Below, piece by piece: positions 60,019 through 64,000 of a DNA stretch of 64,000 bases. The notes under the pieces were generated by a model. The model was not told the DNA's origin, did not search any database, and saw nothing but the letters and a program-made list of their open reading frames with translations. Source of the stretch: an uncultured Chloroflexia bacterium (GTDB taxonomy: Bacteria; Chloroflexota; Limnocylindria; Limnocylindrales; CSP1-4); contig CAWFXA010000003.1 of the NCBI GenBank assembly GCA_963819655.1, positions 64,001 to 128,000 on the forward strand, read 5' to 3'. A program made the translations under genes and the position numbers. Within the stretch, counting starts at the first letter, position 1, and every line of letters starts with the position of its first letter.

Positions 60019-60869
60019 TGAGCGTCGGCCCGCAGGACCCCCGGATCGACGCGGCGACCGTTCGCAGGCTACTCCGCCACGAGGCCGAGGTCCACGCCAT
60101 CCCCGGCCGCTCTCTGCGCGACCTCGATGACGCTCTGCTGCTGTACGACCCGGTCGAGTCCGAGCCGTTCTGGAACCGCGTCGAGGCGATCCGCTGGCCG
60201 GATGACGCGGCCGCCTTCGATCGCCGCCTGGGCGAGGTGGCGGTGGTGTTCGCATCGATCGCCCGCCAGCCGCACGTATGGACATCTCCGCCCCACGACG
60301 AGCCGGCCGACCTCGTGGCTCGCCTCGCGGCGAACGGCTTCGAGGATGTCGGTCATGGGCTCCTGCTCGTGGCACGCGACGTCGAGCTGGCACGCTCCGC
60401 CCTGTCCGGGCGGCCACTGGGAGAGGGTATGACGCTGGATCGGTTGAGCGGCGTGAGCACGATGGGCGCTGATGCTGCGGCCCATGCCATCGCGGAGGTC
60501 CTGCTGGGCGCGTTCGGGGTCGGCGACGATCGGCGCGACGGCGTGGTCGCCGAGATCGGGAGTGCGCTCATGGACGATCGATTCACCCACTACCTGGTCC
60601 GGCGCGAGGGGCTGCCGCTCAGCGTGGCCCGGCGCGCGACGTTCGACGGGATCTCCTACCTGTCCTCGATCGGGACCGTCGAATTGGCCCGGGGGCTCGG
60701 CCTCGGTAGATACGTGACGGCGACCGCGATGGTCGATGCTGCGGCCGCCGGCAGCGAGTGGATCCACCTCGGGGTGTTCGCCGACAACGTCGCCGCACGG
60801 CGACTGTATGAGACGCTCGGCTTCGTGATGAGCGGCGACCCGGGTCCGGACATGGTCTTCGTCGGGTGA
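60018..60869 (+). CDS. GNAT family acetyltransferase
   Basis: ARGLGLG and NVAARRLYETLGF motifs. Confidence 0.85.
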   Translation: MSVGPQDPRIDAATVRRLLRHEAEVHAIPGRSLRDLDDALLLYDPVESEPFWNRVEAIRWPDDAAAFDRRLGEVAVVFASIARQPHVWTSPPHDEPADLVARLAANGFEDVGHGLLLVARDVELARSALSGRPLGEGMTLDRLSGVSTMGADAAAHAIAEVLLGAFGVGDDRRDGVVAEIGSALMDDRFTHYLVRREGLPLSVARRATFDGISYLSSIGTVELARGLGLGRYVTATAMVDAAAAGSEWIHLGVFADNVAARRLYETLGFVMSGDPGPDMVFVG

Positions 60870-61255
60870 GTCGCGTGATCGGGCGTGGCTGGGCGACCGT
60901 CGACCTCGAGCGCGCGGCCGGTGAGCTGGGCGATCTCCTGCAGCCGGGCACGTCGTTCGAGGATGCTCCGCGGTCCGTCGTCCTGGGAGCCCGCTGCCTC
61001 CGAGGTCGGGCTCGCCACGACGGCGACGCCACATCCGACTGGATCGTCCTTCTCGAGCCCGACAGCGAGGGCCGCCTGGCCGCGTTCTTGGCTCGGTCCG
61101 GCGAGGGCTGGGCCGCCACGTGGAGCAGTCCGCCGGCCGGTTGGGCGGACCGGCCGGGCACACCGGGTCCGCTCGGGCAGGAACGGCTGAGCGGTCGGAT
61201 CGGGGCCGCCGGCCCGTTCCCGCTGCTGCTGTCGGCCGCTACCATCGACCCATGA
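60866..61255 (+). CDS. Hypothetical protein (VOC-like)
   Basis: Coupled ORF; 'GWATVDLERA..LLEP..GRLAAFLAR.GEG'. Confidence 0.65.
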   Translation: MSRVIGRGWATVDLERAAGELGDLLQPGTSFEDAPRSVVLGARCLRGRARHDGDATSDWIVLLEPDSEGRLAAFLARSGEGWAATWSSPPAGWADRPGTPGPLGQERLSGRIGAAGPFPLLLSAATIDP

Positions 61256-61689
61256 CCGACGCCACCCTGACGATCCGCCCGGCGGTCGCCACCGATGCCG
61301 AGGCGATCGCCGCACTGTTCACCGACGAAGGCTATCCGGCCGGCCCGAGCGACATCGTCGAGCGCCTGACGCGGTTCTCGTCCGAGCACTCGCAGGTCGT
61401 CGTGGCGGAGCACGAGGGCGTGGTGCTGGGGTTCATCGCGGTCCACGCCCTGCCGCGCTTCGAGCACGACGATCGGATCCTGCGGGTCCTGGCCCTGGTG
61501 GTCGATGCGGGTGCGCGGGAACGCGGCGTAGGCCGCAGCCTCATGGTCGAGGCGGAGCGCATCGCGACGGAGCTCGGGGCCGCATTCGTTGAGGTGACAT
61601 CCGGCCACCATCGGCCCGATGCCCGGCGGCTATACGAGTCGATGGGTTACGACGCGTCGATAGCCGCGTACTTCCGGAAGAAGCTCTGA
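61252..61689 (+). CDS. GNAT family acetyltransferase
   Basis: IRPA, LVVD..RERGVGRSL and LYESMGY motifs. Confidence 0.88.
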   Translation: MTDATLTIRPAVATDAEAIAALFTDEGYPAGPSDIVERLTRFSSEHSQVVVAEHEGVVLGFIAVHALPRFEHDDRILRVLALVVDAGARERGVGRSLMVEAERIATELGAAFVEVTSGHHRPDARRLYESMGYDASIAAYFRKKL

Positions 61690-61748
61690 CCGAACATCTC
61701 GGGCGAACGACATCGCGTGATGATCTCGCTCTGTCACCATTCGCGGTC

Positions 61749-62684
61749 ATGACCGTCACGGCTTCGACCGAACCCGTCATCCGCGTCCGTGGCCTGACCA
61801 AGCGCTACGGCGATGTCCAGGCTGTCGATGGCATCGACTTCGACGTCGCCAGGGGCGAGATCTTCGGGTTGCTTGGGCCGAACGGGGCAGGCAAGACCAC
61901 CACCGTCGAGATCCTCGAGGGGCTGCGCGAGCCCGATGGCGGCGAAGTCACGGTCCTCGACGTCGACGTCACCAAGGACGCCGACGCGCTCAAGCCGCGG
62001 ATCGGGGTGAGTCTCCAGACTGCGGCGTTGTACCCGAAGCTCACGGTGACCGAGCTCATCGACCTCTTCCGGAGCTTCTACCCACGCTCGCGCCCGACCG
62101 CCGAGATCATCGAGGCGCTCGAGCTCGGTGAGCGGCGCAATGCCCGAAGCGAGGTCCTGTCGGGCGGCCAAAGGCAGCGCCTCGCAGTCGCGTTGGCGCT
62201 CGTGAACGAGCCCGAGCTCGTCTTCCTCGATGAGCCGACGACCGGCCTCGACCCGGCAGCCCGGCGGTCGCTGTGGGACATCGTGCGCGACCTCAAGGCC
62301 GGCGGCCGGTCGGTCCTGCTCACGACGCACTACATGGAGGAGGCCGAGATCCTGTGCGACCGGATCGCGATCATGGACCACGGCCGCATCCTCGAGATGG
62401 GCGGGGTGGAGGAGCTGATCTCCAGGCACTTCCAGGAGCGCACGGTACGGTTCGATCGGCTCGACGCCCTGACCCGGGACGAGCTGGCCGCCCTGCCGGC
62501 CGTCACCTCGGTGAAGGAGGACGCCGACGAGGTCCTGATCTACACGCGTGATCCGGGCCGCACCGTCGGGGGACTGCTCGACCTCGCCGACGCGCGCGGG
62601 GTCGAGCCGCAGAACCTCGCGATCCGGCGGGCAACGCTCGAGGATGTCTTCCTCGAACTGACCGGCCGGGCTCTGCGGGACTGA
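61749..62684 (+). CDS. ABC-2 transporter ATP-binding protein
   Basis: GPNGAGKT, LSGGQ, FLDEP and TTHYMEEAE motifs. Confidence 0.95.
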   Translation: MTVTASTEPVIRVRGLTKRYGDVQAVDGIDFDVARGEIFGLLGPNGAGKTTTVEILEGLREPDGGEVTVLDVDVTKDADALKPRIGVSLQTAALYPKLTVTELIDLFRSFYPRSRPTAEIIEALELGERRNARSEVLSGGQRQRLAVALALVNEPELVFLDEPTTGLDPAARRSLWDIVRDLKAGGRSVLLTTHYMEEAEILCDRIAIMDHGRILEMGGVEELISRHFQERTVRFDRLDALTRDELAALPAVTSVKEDADEVLIYTRDPGRTVGGLLDLADARGVEPQNLAIRRATLEDVFLELTGRALRD

Positions 62685-62690
62685 CCGTCG

Positions 62691-63782
62691 ATGACCGCCC
62701 TTCTCGCACTCACGGTCGCCAACATCAGGAGCTACGTCCGCGATCGCGCGGCGCTGTTCTGGACGCTCGCCTTCCCGCTGATCTTCATCTTCATGTTCGG
62801 CTTCATATTCCAGGAAGGCGACCAGAGCCGGCTGACACTTGGCTGGGTCGATGAGGACGGGACGCCGGCGGCGTCCGAGCTGCGAGCTGGGTTCGCCGCA
62901 CAGGAGGGGACCGCGCTCGTCGAGGCGACCAGGGACGAGGCGCTCGCCCAGATGCGCGACGGCAGCGTTGACGCCGTGATCCTCGTCCCCGCCGGCTACG
63001 GGGCGGCGATCGCCGCCGGCGAGGCTGGGAGCGGAGGCCCGACGTCGGTCGAGGTGTACACCGACCCGTCCCGCGCGAACCTCGTGGCGTCGGTGTATCA
63101 GTCCGTCCAGGCCGTGTTCGGCGCCGTCAATCTCGGCGGCCGACCGCCCTTGGTCGTCCCGCAACCGGAGACGCTCCAGACGGAGAACCTCAACTTCATC
63201 AGCTACTTCGTGCCGAGCATGCTCGGCCTGTCCGTGATGCAGGTCGGGATCTTCGCGGCGATCCCCCTGGTGGCCGACCGGGTGAAGCTCATCCTCAAGC
63301 GCCTGGCTGCGACCCCGCTCCGGCGCTGGCAGCTCGTCGGCTCGAATGTCCTGATGCGGCTGCTCATCGCCCTGGCCCAGGCCGTGATCATCGTCGCCGT
63401 CGGCGTGCTCGTCTTTGGCGTCGAGATCGTCGGGTCGTTCCTGCTGACGGGCCTGTTCATCGCCCTCGGCGCGGTGGCGTTCCTGGCGCTCGGCTATGTC
63501 ATCGCGTCGTTCGCCAAGACCGAGGATTCGGCGAACGGGATGACCAGCGTCGTGCAATTCCCGATGATGTTCCTGTCGGGGACGTTCTTCCCGATCGACC
63601 AGATGCCCGACTTCCTGCAGGGCATCGCCCGGCTGATCCCGCTCACGTACCTGTCCGACGCGCTCCGTCAGGTCATGGTCGGCGGGGCGGCCTTCGCGCC
63701 CTTGTGGGTGTGCGCCGCAGTCCTGATGGGGTGGCTCGTGGTGTGCTTCGGGATCGCCGCCAGGAAGTTCCGCTGGCAGTAG
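62691..63782 (+). CDS. ABC-2 transporter permease
   Basis: FWTLAFPL, LKRLAATP and FLSGTFFP motifs. Confidence 0.93.
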   Translation: MTALLALTVANIRSYVRDRAALFWTLAFPLIFIFMFGFIFQEGDQSRLTLGWVDEDGTPAASELRAGFAAQEGTALVEATRDEALAQMRDGSVDAVILVPAGYGAAIAAGEAGSGGPTSVEVYTDPSRANLVASVYQSVQAVFGAVNLGGRPPLVVPQPETLQTENLNFISYFVPSMLGLSVMQVGIFAAIPLVADRVKLILKRLAATPLRRWQLVGSNVLMRLLIALAQAVIIVAVGVLVFGVEIVGSFLLTGLFIALGAVAFLALGYVIASFAKTEDSANGMTSVVQFPMMFLSGTFFPIDQMPDFLQGIARLIPLTYLSDALRQVMVGGAAFAPLWVCAAVLMGWLVVCFGIAARKFRWQ

Positions 63783-63828
63783 CCCCGCATCCTTCGTCTC
63801 GTCCACACCGCGCCCACAGCGCACGCGC

Positions 63829-63966
63829 GATGCGACGATTTCGTCGCATCAGAGGGTTTGGATAGCGGCGTTCACGCACGAGATGCTCGCGGGCAGACGG
63901 TGCGGGAGGCTCGGTCAGGCACGATCCGGTCCATGTAGGTCCAAGATGCGCCGATTTCGTCGCATC
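63829..63966. repeat. Palindromic 22-bp repeats GATGCG(A/C)CGATTTCGTCGCATC
   Basis: Copies at 63829-63850 and 63945-63966. Confidence 0.75.
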
Positions 63967-64000
63967 GGTGGGGTCATGGGCCCGCGGATGTCGCTTGGGA

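Overview
High-GC bacterial chromosomal window. The gene content and small conserved hypotheticals suggest Chloroflexota, possibly Limnocylindria-like (inference only). Scattered single-base frameshifts, including in apparently core genes, suggest an unpolished long-read assembly. The flanks (1-8 kb and 32.5-64 kb) hold ordinary genes: ABC transporters, DUF1015, DUF1611/epimerase, an orphan DNA methyltransferase, a KdpDE-like pair next to an APC permease, an S8 protease, acyl-CoA dehydrogenase, GMC oxidase and an ECF sigma with Ogt-Ada. The centre (about 8.07-32.4 kb) is an integration hotspot downstream of tRNA-Glu(CTC). The tRNA 3' end recurs three more times, twice inside homologous ~150-bp attP-like modules carrying 12-bp arm repeats and NrdR-box-like pairs. 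Two to three scars resemble the tail of a serine recombinase fused to a tRNA-Arg(CCG)-type 3' end. No integrase gene was recognised. The cargo has two MalT-like STAND/LuxR regulators, each near a homologous ~70-aa uncharacterised protein, and at least seven promoters sharing an operator-N18/19-(-10) architecture. Other notable items are a candidate ~190-nt standalone structured RNA, a 12-bp-phased DnaA-box cluster and two families of palindromic intergenic repeats.
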